Source: a virus. From it: DNA of 47,304 nucleotides. The notes below the pieces were generated by a model. The model had not been told where the DNA came from, ran no database searches, and was given only the letters and a program-made list of their open reading frames with translations. The position numbers and the translations under genes are program-made. This document shows positions 33,946 to 42,022 of the stretch, in pieces. The stretch lies in the IMG/VR virus record IMGVR_UViG_3300003666_000032, one strand, 5' to 3'. Numbering within the stretch: position 1 is the first letter of the stretch; every line of letters starts with the position of its first letter.

Positions 33946-34353
33946 TCAAAAAGGCAAATCCGTGTCGTTTTCATCTGCGTTATATGGACCTGGTTCCGGC
34001 TCCCCTGCTCGTGTCTGCTGCTGTCCTTGCTCCCTCTTACTATCCGCAAAAAACGCTTCCTCTGCAACAATCTCCGTAGCATAGTGTTTCGTGCCTCCGT
34101 TATCTTCCCAAGTACGTGTTTGTATCCTGCCAACTATCGCTACTTGCTGCCCTTTTACGAAATACTTGCTGCAAAACTCAGCTGTCTTATCCCATGCAAC
34201 AATCTGGATGAAATCCGCTTGCTGCCCTTCACCTTGCTTTGCAAATTTGCGGTTAACTGCTAGAGTAAATGTTGTTACCTGTGTATTACTTTGCGTAAAT
34301 CGTGTTGATGGATCGGCAGTTAGTCTGCCCATAAGTATAGTTTTATTGAGCAT
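33946..34353 (-). CDS. ssb: Single-stranded DNA-binding protein
   Basis: MLNKTILMGRLTADP...TFTLAVNR...FIQIVAWDKTAE forms the OB fold. The tail is Gln/Pro-rich and ends in the acidic tip DLPF. Confidence 0.92.
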   Translation of the reverse strand: MLNKTILMGRLTADPSTRFTQSNTQVTTFTLAVNRKFAKQGEGQQADFIQIVAWDKTAEFCSKYFVKGQQVAIVGRIQTRTWEDNGGTKHYATEIVAEEAFFADSKREQGQQQTRAGEPEPGPYNADENDTDLPF

Positions 34354-34591
34354 TATCATAAACCTCCTCTGATGGTTTGTTGTTACGGGTTAACCTTGAC
34401 GAACTTGATACATACACCCTCATTACTCCATTATGACTTCCTAACACTTCATCAGAGTGTTTTCCCAGTTCTTCAACATGCTTACTGCAAGCTATTTCGT
34501 TATACGCAGGTCCCATTTCGTCTGCTTCTCTGTATATCTGTGTGTAACATTTACGACTATTGCAAAACAAACATTCATCTTTTCGTTTCAT
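34343..34591 (-). CDS. Hypothetical Cys-containing protein (82 aa)
   Basis: ORF with GGAGGA SD. Confidence 0.55.
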   Translation of the reverse strand: MKRKDECLFCNSRKCYTQIYREADEMGPAYNEIACSKHVEELGKHSDEVLGSHNGVMRVYVSSSSRLTRNNKPSEEVYDNAQ

Positions 34592-34751
34592 TGTCGTTAT
34601 CCTCCAATTCCTTATAGAATGGGTCTAATTCATACTTGCTGCAATTGCTTGTGTCACAGTCTCTTGATTCAAATTTATCAGCTATTTTTAGTTTACATTC
34701 CCCTTCGAACCCGTCGAAGTTACTACATGTATCACAACCTTTTTCGATCAT
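34575..34751 (-). CDS. Possible 58-aa Cys-rich protein
   Basis: MIEKGCDTCSNFDGFEGECK...DCDTSNCSKY, after GGGGA. It is below the ORF-track cutoff. Confidence 0.4.
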   Translation of the reverse strand: MIEKGCDTCSNFDGFEGECKLKIADKFESRDCDTSNCSKYELDPFYKELEDNDNETKR

Positions 34752-34752
34752 A

Positions 34753-34971
34753 TTATTTATCCCCCTTTGCTTGTTTTAATATATTTTTAGCGTTCAAGAT
34801 ATCCGATTCAGGTCCACACATTTGCACATATTCAATTAAGTTGTCAGCTATCTTAACCATACTTTCTAATGCCTTGATAAGTTGATCTCTTTCTTCATGC
34901 ATACCCTTTAAGTCGTTTTCAATATCTGTTAACATTTCTATTGCCTTTAACAATGTTCTTTTATCGTCCAT
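34753..34971 (-). CDS. Hypothetical helical protein (72 aa)
   Basis: ORF with GGAGGTC SD. Confidence 0.6.
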   Translation of the reverse strand: MDDKRTLLKAIEMLTDIENDLKGMHEERDQLIKALESMVKIADNLIEYVQMCGPESDILNAKNILKQAKGDK

Positions 34972-35162
34972 ATCTCTTGACCTCCATTTTATTATTTTTA
35001 ACCGCTTTATTTTTCTTTGTATAAATTTATACTGTTTGGATATAATAATAAGTTTTACATGCCATTTTGAGCTAAATTGCTATAGGTGGGAGGTTACAAT
35101 TAATAATATATTTTGTTAGCAATACAATCATTATTGGTGATACCCTCCACCTAAAAATTACT

Positions 35163-35432
35163 TCAATACCCCAAAAGTGCTATGTCTTTACCTCTAAGTA
35201 ACTTCAAATAGTCCATTATTTCGTCATAGTCCATATGTTCCAATACTCTTGTTGCAAAGTTGTGTCTTTCCTCCATACGCCTTATTTCTTCTGCAAATAT
35301 TAACCTTATAGATTCCGCAGATTCATCCATTGGGCAATCGTCACCGTGTTTTCTGTATTGATCGTAAACTATACTATTTTTATTCTTGCATTTGTCGCTA
35401 TTGTAGTGACACTCTATACCACATCTAATCAT
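35163..35432 (-). CDS. Hypothetical protein (89 aa)
   Basis: ATG 35432 lies 9 nt after GGAGG. The ORF-track start at 35474 lacks an SD. Confidence 0.55.
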   Translation of the reverse strand: MIRCGIECHYNSDKCKNKNSIVYDQYRKHGDDCPMDESAESIRLIFAEEIRRMEERHNFATRVLEHMDYDEIMDYLKLLRGKDIALLGY

Positions 35433-35592
35433 TGCTTTTGACCTCCATTTTGTTAGCGTATATTGCCCAATCAATATTATTTGCTAAACAATCCTCCATC
35501 AGTTTCCAGTTACCTTCTGATATCGCATCTTCTTCAGATTCAGCTTCAACTTCATAAGTTACTAATACTTGACATTCAACTTTATATTTCAT
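35425..35592 (-). CDS. Possible 55-aa acidic protein
   Basis: MKYKVECQVLVTYEVEAESEEDAISEGNWK..., after GGAGGTC. Its ATGA overlaps the upstream stop. Confidence 0.45.
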   Translation of the reverse strand: MKYKVECQVLVTYEVEAESEEDAISEGNWKLMEDCLANNIDWAIYANKMEVKSND

Positions 35593-35864
35593 TGCTTTGA
35601 CCTCCTCTTCATATACTCAACCTGTTTCGGTTCAAAGAATGTGTTCATATACCATTTAAGCCGTTTATTATTCTCCTGTAGCGTTATGTTTTCTTGCTGT
35701 AATGCCTGTAGCTGTGTCTTAAGCTGCTGCTTCTCTGTATCAACCTGTGTCGGCTGTGGTGTTGTAATTATCTGTGTTATCTCTGCTCTGTTTGTGTAGC
35801 TGTATATTATTATTGCTGTCATTATTGCTAAGCTTAGTATGTAGAGTATTGATATTTTACGCAT
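35589..35864 (-). CDS. Membrane-anchored coiled-coil protein (91 aa)
   Basis: N-terminal TM segment ISILYILSLAIMTAIIIY. The start is ATG 35864, just after the upstream stop. Confidence 0.55.
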   Translation of the reverse strand: MRKISILYILSLAIMTAIIIYSYTNRAEITQIITTPQPTQVDTEKQQLKTQLQALQQENITLQENNKRLKWYMNTFFEPKQVEYMKRRSKQ

Positions 35865-35865
35865 G

Positions 35866-36117
35866 TTACACCGCCTTCCCATTATCTTGCATACAATCCC
35901 TTATGTACCCTTCTCCTGCACTTTCGCTTTCTATACAAGATTGGCACTTTCTTTCTTTGCACCAATTTCGGCAATTATCACACATGTATAAGGTGTATAT
36001 TCCGTCACATACATTAGTTTGACTGTATACCGAGGTTCCTATAGGTATCATTTGATTGCACCCGTGGCACCTATGTTCTTTTCGGGTTTTTACTATACCG
36101 TCTTTTAATATGTCCAT
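35866..36117 (-). CDS. Cys-rich zinc-finger-like protein (83 aa)
   Basis: HRCHGCNQ...MCDNCRNWCKERKCQSC. Confidence 0.6.
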   Translation of the reverse strand: MDILKDGIVKTRKEHRCHGCNQMIPIGTSVYSQTNVCDGIYTLYMCDNCRNWCKERKCQSCIESESAGEGYIRDCMQDNGKAV

Positions 36118-36133
36118 ACATTACACCGCCTTT

Positions 36134-37009
36134 CTATGATGCATAATCATCAAATTTCTCACATGTTCTGAAAATAAATTTATTATTAGTCCATCTAGCA
36201 ATTTTCTTTAATTTCTTTGGTGCTTTTTCTTTATCATAAATCATTACATATGGGTCATATCCAAGATCTTTAAGCTTATAAATTCTATATAAATCGAATT
36301 CTAATTCGGTGTTAAAATTGGTTAATACATATACCCTGAGTTTCCTAAAATCTATGTCCGTTGACTTCTTAAACTGTTCAAGGTTCTTTAATATTAACTC
36401 GCTGTCCTTTTCTCCATCCCATGCAAAGTGAAGCATCTTAAGCTTGAGTTTTACTATCTTTTCAGTTACTTCTTCTGTCATAAAGCGTATGTCAAGCCCT
36501 TGGTTAATGTCTATCCATGTTTTTGACTCAATAAGTTGATCTAGCAATTCAAGTCTATTCTTGCAAGCCAATAAATTTGGGTCTTGCAGTACTATTGTTT
36601 TTTGTCCTTTCCAAAATTGGTCTAAATCTGCAACCTTGTGGCTTATTAATCCTTCTTTTTTTCCTACAATGCAGAAAGGACAATTGCGAGGGCAACCACG
36701 GGTTAAGAATCCGTAAGCTTCTTTGAATTGTGGGTATATAGTGTAGTCAGGACACATATTTTCTATTGCATCAGGCAATTTATTTTCAAGATCGTAACCG
36801 GTACCTCCAAAGATCATTTCTTTGGTATCCACGAAAGTGTCAAAGTCAGGCGTAAATGTAAATACCTTTGCAGCATATACCCTGTCATACTTCATCATAG
36901 GGATGCACCATTCAACATCATTACTGTTCTGCTTCTCCCATGCGGATATTTTCATTAATGCTATATTTGGGTAATTGTGTCCATCCACATCTACTAACCC
37001 TACTTTCAT
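36134..37009 (-). CDS. Radical SAM-domain protein (291 aa)
   Basis: LTRGCPRNCPFC is a CX3CX2C 4Fe-4S/SAM motif. The N-terminal part is Rossmann-like (MKVGLVDVDGHNYPNIALMKISAW). Confidence 0.75.
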   Translation of the reverse strand: MKVGLVDVDGHNYPNIALMKISAWEKQNSNDVEWCIPMMKYDRVYAAKVFTFTPDFDTFVDTKEMIFGGTGYDLENKLPDAIENMCPDYTIYPQFKEAYGFLTRGCPRNCPFCIVGKKEGLISHKVADLDQFWKGQKTIVLQDPNLLACKNRLELLDQLIESKTWIDINQGLDIRFMTEEVTEKIVKLKLKMLHFAWDGEKDSELILKNLEQFKKSTDIDFRKLRVYVLTNFNTELEFDLYRIYKLKDLGYDPYVMIYDKEKAPKKLKKIARWTNNKFIFRTCEKFDDYAS

Positions 37010-37012
37010 CCC

Positions 37013-37321
37013 TTACACCGCCTTTCTAAGCACACGTTCACCGGTTAATATTTCCGCTAATAAAATAGATTCAATCCTTCCGGTATCATTGTTCCTTACG
37101 TATATTGCCATTGCTGTTTTCTGTGTTATCGTACCTGCTATCTCTTTCTTTTTCTTTGTACGTTTATCTATCTTCTTAGCTATTATTACAGTGTCACCTA
37201 TTGCAATGTTCCGTATTAAGCTTTTACTTGTCTTCAAGGCGTTCATAGCCTTACTAATCATCGCTTGTTTATTTGCTTCAATCTGTGCTGCTCTCATGTG
37301 CTGTCTTTGTTTGTCTTGCAT
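37013..37321 (-). CDS. Hypothetical basic protein (102 aa)
   Basis: AGAGGGGG SD. It overlaps the upstream gene by 44 nt. Confidence 0.55.
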   Translation of the reverse strand: MQDKQRQHMRAAQIEANKQAMISKAMNALKTSKSLIRNIAIGDTVIIAKKIDKRTKKKKEIAGTITQKTAMAIYVRNNDTGRIESILLAEILTGERVLRKAV

Positions 37322-37472
37322 ATCTACGCCCCCTCTTGTAGTACTCTGTCAGATACCGTTTAACTGTTCCTTCATGGCAATGCAGCTTATCTGCTATTTG
37401 TTGATACGTTAGCCCTCTGCCCTTTGCTAGTGCCATTAACCCGATTTGATAAGGTTCAAATATCTTACGCAT
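37278..37472 (-). CDS. Small HTH (sigma-70 region-4/LuxR-like) protein
   Basis: GLTYQQIADKLHCHEGTVKRYL. Confidence 0.6.
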   Translation of the reverse strand: MRKIFEPYQIGLMALAKGRGLTYQQIADKLHCHEGTVKRYLTEYYKRGRRYARQTKTAHESSTD

Positions 37473-38016
37473 ACTTAAGCCCCCATTTATTTTGTAATCT
37501 CTCGATCTGCTTTTTTACCGTGTCAGGCATTGGAACAGGATTACCACTATTACTTTTAGCCGAGAACATGTTCCTTGCCTTTAATTCCTCAACATCATAG
37601 TACTTTGTTACAGGGCTTACATAATAATCTGTTTTCTTCTGACACTGCCTACCGTCATATTTTTGCTTCTGCCCTTTTTCGCATTCTGTACAGTACAAGG
37701 CGTAATCTGCTTCCGGAGTTCTATGTTCTATCAACCCTTCATTCATACAGCACCAACAAAAATCTTGATTACTTATCAATGCCCTGTTATCGTTGTCTAT
37801 CTTTTCAAGCTTTTTACATTCTTCGTATATATCCGCAGGTTTGGGGCAAAACTTACATACCTTTATCAAATTATCAATACATTCAGAAACCACTTCATCG
37901 TCGAACTCAGTTATTATTTTTATGTAATTATTCCTTACTTCTGGATAGTCAAGCCCTTTTTCATTGTATTGAAAACTAAGTGTTTTTAAATATGCTTTGG
38001 CTAATTCTTCATTCAT
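37465..38016 (-). CDS. Replication-associated protein, possibly helicase-loader-like, Cys-rich
   Basis: It lies immediately after the replication organizer. It has a CKFCPKPADIYEEC and CWCC...CTEC cluster. Function is inferred from position only. Confidence 0.45.
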   Translation of the reverse strand: MNEELAKAYLKTLSFQYNEKGLDYPEVRNNYIKIITEFDDEVVSECIDNLIKVCKFCPKPADIYEECKKLEKIDNDNRALISNQDFCWCCMNEGLIEHRTPEADYALYCTECEKGQKQKYDGRQCQKKTDYYVSPVTKYYDVEELKARNMFSAKSNSGNPVPMPDTVKKQIERLQNKWGLKYA

Positions 38017-38027
38017 TTATAATCACC

Positions 38028-38783
38028 TCACCAATCCGCTGTACGGTCATATTGATTTTTGTCGTAAGCACCTTCAAGTACTTTTAAATAGTTCCTGTCA
38101 TTCTCAATAAGCCAATCAAATGTGGCTTTCCATCCGTTATCATTGTCACCTTTCAAAAATGGTGTAGACTCAACTTTAGTAAATAGATCAGTCCATTTAT
38201 CAACTGTTGCTATTTCTCCTAGCCGAACATTAATTTTATCTTTGCGGCTTTGAGATAACACTTGCACTCTTGGAAGAGACTTGCATAATAAATTAAACAT
38301 GTCTTGTATTTGGATCGGTGTCGGTTTACCTTCACTTACCTTCTCCTTCTCCTTACCTTCTCCTTCACTTACCTTCTCTTCTCCCATATTTTGTCCGTCA
38401 AGTCCTGACATGTCATGACTTGACATGTCAATATCTTCAGGAGCAGGATAATCACTGTTGTATGACCTATCTTGACGCAATTTTTGGTAACCAGAAAAAT
38501 TTGGGAATTGTATATATTTGTTTTCTCCATACTGATACCAAAAAATTAATTTTTCCTTTTGTAATTCTGTTAAAGCTTCTTGAATCTGTTTTTCAGTTAC
38601 TTTGTGGTATGGAAATATCATCCCCTTAATAACTTCAACATCTCCTTCTATTCGTCCTAGATCATCGAGGTTAGGTATTAACCATGTAAATAACAAGTTG
38701 GCTAATAGAGAACACCTTGATAATTGCTTGCAGTATGAAATTTTCCAATATACCATTCTTCCCTTTGCGTTTCTACTTGCCAT
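38028..38783 (-). CDS. Replisome organizer/DnaD-like replication initiation protein
   Basis: The N-terminal winged-helix-like region (LLANLLFTWLIPNLDDLGRIEG) and the C-terminal GWKATFDWLIENDRNYLKVLEGAY are typical of phage replication proteins. It contains internal DNA iterons. Confidence 0.6.
   Translation of the reverse strand: MASRNAKGRMVYWKISYCKQLSRCSLLANLLFTWLIPNLDDLGRIEGDVEVIKGMIFPYHKVTEKQIQEALTELQKEKLIFWYQYGENKYIQFPNFSGYQKLRQDRSYNSDYPAPEDIDMSSHDMSGLDGQNMGEEKVSEGEGKEKEKVSEGKPTPIQIQDMFNLLCKSLPRVQVLSQSRKDKINVRLGEIATVDKWTDLFTKVESTPFLKGDNDNGWKATFDWLIENDRNYLKVLEGAYDKNQYDRTADW
38329..38378. repeat. Iteron-like direct repeats inside the replication gene (candidate origin)
   Basis: ccttcacttaccttctc occurs twice (38329-45, 38362-78). 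The core ttaccttctc occurs three times (38336, 38353, 38369) at 16-17-nt spacing. Confidence 0.5.
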
Positions 38784-38835
38784 ATAACCACACCTTTACA
38801 GTAACCACTCACCTAGAAGGGAAGTGGCTCATATT

Positions 38836-39948
38836 CTATTTATTTGTTTCTATATCTGCTATTGCTTGTAATATAGGGTATACTTGGGCTGGGACTACCA
38901 TGTTACCTAAACATTTAAGTCTGTCCACCCTATTTTTTATTCCTGTTGCTACTCTTGGTATATCAGGTTCTTTTATCCAATATCCGTCCAAGATTCCGGT
39001 AAACCCATTAACCACTCCACCCAGTTCGGGTTCAACTGTCCGCCTATAACTGAATTGAGTTCCGTCTTTTGCTGAAATCTCTTTGATTCTGGATTCATAT
39101 CTGGCGATTTGTAATCTCTTGTTGTAGGTGTTGGAAACATTTTCACTGCCGCCGATAAATCTGGTGATCTCCTCGTTCTTTCCGAAGGGCAATCCCCTCT
39201 CAAAGATGCTTTCGGTGTTGGCCATAATTTCATTATTTCTGGATTCATACGTTTGTTTATTTCCTCGTTCCACTTCTCCATCGGTACATTGTTTGATTCC
39301 AAACTGGCTTCGATATAAGCCAAATTCATTAATGGATTTACCTGTTCTCTTAGATTCCCCGGTCTTTTTCTGTTCTTCCGGCCTCCGTTTGTTGCTTGAC
39401 GCTTCATTGCTTCGTAACTCCTGCACGGTAGAATATCCATTGTGTTTGGAGTAGCCCACAAAGAATACTCTCTCTCTTCTGTGTTTTGCTCCGACAGCCG
39501 CAGCTTCAAAATTAAATATGAAGACTTCGTAGCCTTGACGCTCCAAGTCCTTGCAAATGTCATCAGCGGCAATTCGCAAGATTCCAGGGACATTCTCACC
39601 AAGTACCCAAGTTGGCTTAATTTCGGAGATAACCCGGAGCATTTGTGGCCACAAGTAACGTTCGTCTTCTTTACCTTTTTGGTTTCCTGCCACGGAAAAT
39701 GGTTGGCAAGGAAATCCTCCTGAAATAAGTCCAACTGTTCGTAACCCTGTTCTATCGTTAAAGCTTTCTGCTGTAATCTCATGTATATCCCTCCATCTTG
39801 GTACATTAGGCCAGTGTTTTTCTAATACTTTAGTTGGGTAGTCTGCCCATTCGCACTGGCCGACTGTTTCGAATCCCGCCCATTCAGCCGCTAAATCAAT
39901 TCCCCCGATGCCACTGAATAATGATAAGTGAGTTAACACTTTTACCAC
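38836..39948 (-). CDS. dcm: DNA (cytosine-5)-methyltransferase
   Basis: Motifs present: I FSGIGG, IV GFPCQPFS, VI ENV, VIII GAKHRRERVFFVGY and X LGNMVVP. The start is GTG at 39948, or GTG at 39939 after AGGTGG. Confidence 0.9.
   Translation of the reverse strand: MVKVLTHLSLFSGIGGIDLAAEWAGFETVGQCEWADYPTKVLEKHWPNVPRWRDIHEITAESFNDRTGLRTVGLISGGFPCQPFSVAGNQKGKEDERYLWPQMLRVISEIKPTWVLGENVPGILRIAADDICKDLERQGYEVFIFNFEAAAVGAKHRRERVFFVGYSKHNGYSTVQELRSNEASSNKRRPEEQKKTGESKRTGKSINEFGLYRSQFGIKQCTDGEVERGNKQTYESRNNEIMANTESIFERGLPFGKNEEITRFIGGSENVSNTYNKRLQIARYESRIKEISAKDGTQFSYRRTVEPELGGVVNGFTGILDGYWIKEPDIPRVATGIKNRVDRLKCLGNMVVPAQVYPILQAIADIETNK
38973..39806 (-). CDS. Overlapping +1-frame ORF inside dcm (WPTP-repeat / EWLMG.P..WT protein)
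   Basis: 277 codons are open in the +1 frame. Motifs are LWATP, LWPTP, MFPTPTTRDYK and LNPNWVEWLMGLPESWT. An internal ATG at 39782 lies 7 nt after GGAGGG. Confidence 0.45.
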   Translation of the reverse strand: MYQDGGIYMRLQQKALTIEQGYEQLDLFQEDFLANHFPWQETKKVKKTNVTCGHKCSGLSPKLSQLGYLVRMSLESCELPLMTFARTWSVKATKSSYLILKLRLSEQNTEEREYSLWATPNTMDILPCRSYEAMKRQATNGGRKNRKRPGNLREQVNPLMNLAYIEASLESNNVPMEKWNEEINKRMNPEIMKLWPTPKASLRGDCPSERTRRSPDLSAAVKMFPTPTTRDYKSPDMNPESKRFQQKTELNSVIGGQLNPNWVEWLMGLPESWTDIG

Positions 39949-39991
39949 CTCACTTTATTTAGGAGTATAGGGGACTATATGTCCCCATATA

Positions 39992-40402
39992 TTAATCTTC
40001 TATAAGCCATTTACCGTTAATCATGCGTTTTATGATAACGCTGTTATACGCAGACACAGCATCTAATGTAACCGATAAATTATTGTAATATTTCAAGCTA
40101 GATGAAACGTTCAAAAACTCATATTTCTCAGGTTCGAACAGCTTAATATCTTTACCACTATTAGCTGCTGTAATAAAATCAACAGGCTTTTGTATAAGTG
40201 TCCATTTGTCCGTTATGTTTCCTTTTGCATACGGATGTGTAGGGTCATGGTGTATTGTGTATTTTTCATTACCTTTGTTTCTTATCCAAACTAAATCACC
40301 ATTTATTAACCCAACCGAAGTTCCACATCTTTGATTTTTAAATTGAAGTTCAGGATTATCCATTATTGCCTGTATCATTTCTGGCGTTGTATACTCTTTC
40401 AT
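39992..40402 (-). CDS. Hypothetical protein (136 aa)
   Basis: ORF with GGAGGGG SD. Confidence 0.65.
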   Translation of the reverse strand: MKEYTTPEMIQAIMDNPELQFKNQRCGTSVGLINGDLVWIRNKGNEKYTIHHDPTHPYAKGNITDKWTLIQKPVDFITAANSGKDIKLFEPEKYEFLNVSSSLKYYNNLSVTLDAVSAYNSVIIKRMINGKWLIED

Positions 40403-40423
40403 GTTAACCCCTCCTTAACTAGC

Positions 40424-40978
40424 TTAAAATGGTAACTCTGATTCGTCCACTTCAAATATTGCAGTAGATTGATAACTATATATGTTGTTATTCTTTAACC
40501 GTTTTATAGCAGGTACTTCAACACCTTTTTTTATCTGCTCAACGCTGCGAGCATAAAAGCATTTGGTAGAAAGTTTTACTTCTCCTTGCCTGTTTTCAAA
40601 TTCTTCCTGCCCGAATACTCCGCCAAATAATTTTCCTTTAAGCTTCTTTTCGTCCCAGTCCCATTTGTAACCGGAATTACTGTTTTCTATAGCTGAGATA
40701 AATCCTTTGAAATATTTAATGTCACTGCCCTTGATTGTTTGGTAATACATTCCCGGCCATTTAGCATCAGGATTAGTTTCTTTCTTTCTGTCAAACGATC
40801 TCTTGTAAAAATCCTTGTGTTCACCTTCTGAAATGTCAAACCCAATACGCATTAAATGTCCGTAATCTTTTTCCTCAACTGTAACCTGTAATATCTTGCA
40901 TATGTAACCACCTGGCTCCAATACTTCAAAATCTCCCGTAAAAGCTTCCGACCCTTCGTATTCGTCATATTTTTTCAT
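40424..40978 (-). CDS. DUF669-like protein (partner of Sak4-type ATPases)
   Basis: 184 aa, coupled (ATGA) to the upstream AAA_24-like gene. The assignment rests on gene context and an N-terminal pattern recognised by eye. Confidence 0.55.
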   Translation of the reverse strand: MKKYDEYEGSEAFTGDFEVLEPGGYICKILQVTVEEKDYGHLMRIGFDISEGEHKDFYKRSFDRKKETNPDAKWPGMYYQTIKGSDIKYFKGFISAIENSNSGYKWDWDEKKLKGKLFGGVFGQEEFENRQGEVKLSTKCFYARSVEQIKKGVEVPAIKRLKNNNIYSYQSTAIFEVDESELPF

Positions 40979-41622
40979 GTCTCATATTCCTCCATTCGTT
41001 TAATAACTTCGTTTACATCGTTTGGTATTTCATCTTCTTCAAAACATCCCATAGGGCTCTTTGCTGTACTATTCTTCGAGTGAGTTTCAAATATGTATTT
41101 TCCATCAACACATTTTGCCAATAAAACAGTTGTAAACTTGCTTTCTAAACATATTTTGTCTAGTTTCTTACCGCTTGTTTTAATCCTTGTGAACACATAT
41201 CCGCTATCGTCTCTTTCTGTCTGTGTGTGGGCTAAAAATATAATGGTAAGATCATCTCGAAAAAGATGTGAATCACTTATAAGGTTCCAAACACTTGAAG
41301 CCATATCTTGCCATTTATCGAAGCCCTTTTCTTTCATCCTTGACATTTCATCATCGACCATAATAGTGTTAATGGTGTCTATAACGATTGTTTTAATGTG
41401 TGTAGCTGTTTTATTTGCCCAGTCAAGTATTTTATTTATGTTTATAACATTGCTAGTCTGAGAGTAGTTTTTAGACTCTTTGTTATATTGTGATTTCCAA
41501 CCCTTCCAGCTTAGTCCTTTTCTGTCAGAGTCAATAATGTATGTAGTTGAAGGATCTAAGTTTCTTAAACTTGTAGTTTTACCACTTCCACTTTCTCCAG
41601 CTAAACAAATTACTCTAGACAT
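40975..41622 (-). CDS. P-loop ATPase, AAA_24/Sak4-like recombination protein
   Basis: Walker A is LAGESGSGKTTS and Walker B is TIVIDTIN. It is the size of phage Sak4 proteins. Confidence 0.7.
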   Translation of the reverse strand: MSRVICLAGESGSGKTTSLRNLDPSTTYIIDSDRKGLSWKGWKSQYNKESKNYSQTSNVININKILDWANKTATHIKTIVIDTINTIMVDDEMSRMKEKGFDKWQDMASSVWNLISDSHLFRDDLTIIFLAHTQTERDDSGYVFTRIKTSGKKLDKICLESKFTTVLLAKCVDGKYIFETHSKNSTAKSPMGCFEEDEIPNDVNEVIKRMEEYET

Positions 41623-41624
41623 TG

Positions 41625-41825
41625 TTATTCCTCCTTATCCATTGTCTTATCATCCTGTATATTCCGTTTAGTGTCGTTATTACTGCCCTTGTCGCTTTCG
41701 GCATCTAAATACCCCATTTCGATTAAGTCTGCTATATTCTTATCCATAGCTTTAGTCAATCTTTCAAACTCTTGTATAAACTCTTTGCCGAATATATTTT
41801 CTAACGGTATAGGGTTTGAATGCAT
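41625..41825 (-). CDS. Hypothetical acidic protein (66 aa)
   Basis: ORF within the operon. Confidence 0.55.
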   Translation of the reverse strand: MHSNPIPLENIFGKEFIQEFERLTKAMDKNIADLIEMGYLDAESDKGSNNDTKRNIQDDKTMDKEE

Positions 41826-41829
41826 GGTC

Positions 41830-42003
41830 TCAATCCTTTCCCTTGAATCTTACTGGTTCAAAATCGCACTTTGTATTTTCGGGTTTAACACCATAAGCTT
41901 TTTTACACCAATTAATATTTGCACAATCACCACACGTTTTATTATTTGGTAAGTCCATACATTGTCGTTTACATGGCTTAAAAGTACATCTATCACAAGT
42001 CAT
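41830..42003 (-). CDS. Cys-rich small protein, paralogue of 42722..42919
   Basis: MTCDRCTFKPCKRQCMDLPNNKTCGDCANINWC...CDFEPVRFKGKD. ATG 42003 lies after AAAGGAG. Confidence 0.6.
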   Translation of the reverse strand: MTCDRCTFKPCKRQCMDLPNNKTCGDCANINWCKKAYGVKPENTKCDFEPVRFKGKD

Positions 42004-42022
42004 ATCTTTATATCTCCTTTCA

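Noticed and set aside
33936-34133. A 65-aa alternative-frame ORF inside ssb.
   Set aside because: It is short, has no SD and has no recognisable motif. This contrasts with the frame-B ORF inside dcm, which has motifs and an SD-ATG.
37278-37321. Whether the 44-nt overlap between 37278..37472 and 37013..37321 is a frameshift or recoding site.
   Set aside because: The downstream ORF has its own good SD (AGAGGGGG) and ATG. There is no slippery heptamer, so this is an ordinary overlapping start.
36975-37412. A 145-aa hydrophobic plus-strand ORF antisense to 37013..37472. Similar antisense ORFs occur at 5611..5991, 34457..34885 and 35569..36022.
   Set aside because: There are no ribosome-binding sites. 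The hydrophobic composition is what is expected from reading A-rich, Lys/Glu-rich genes backwards.
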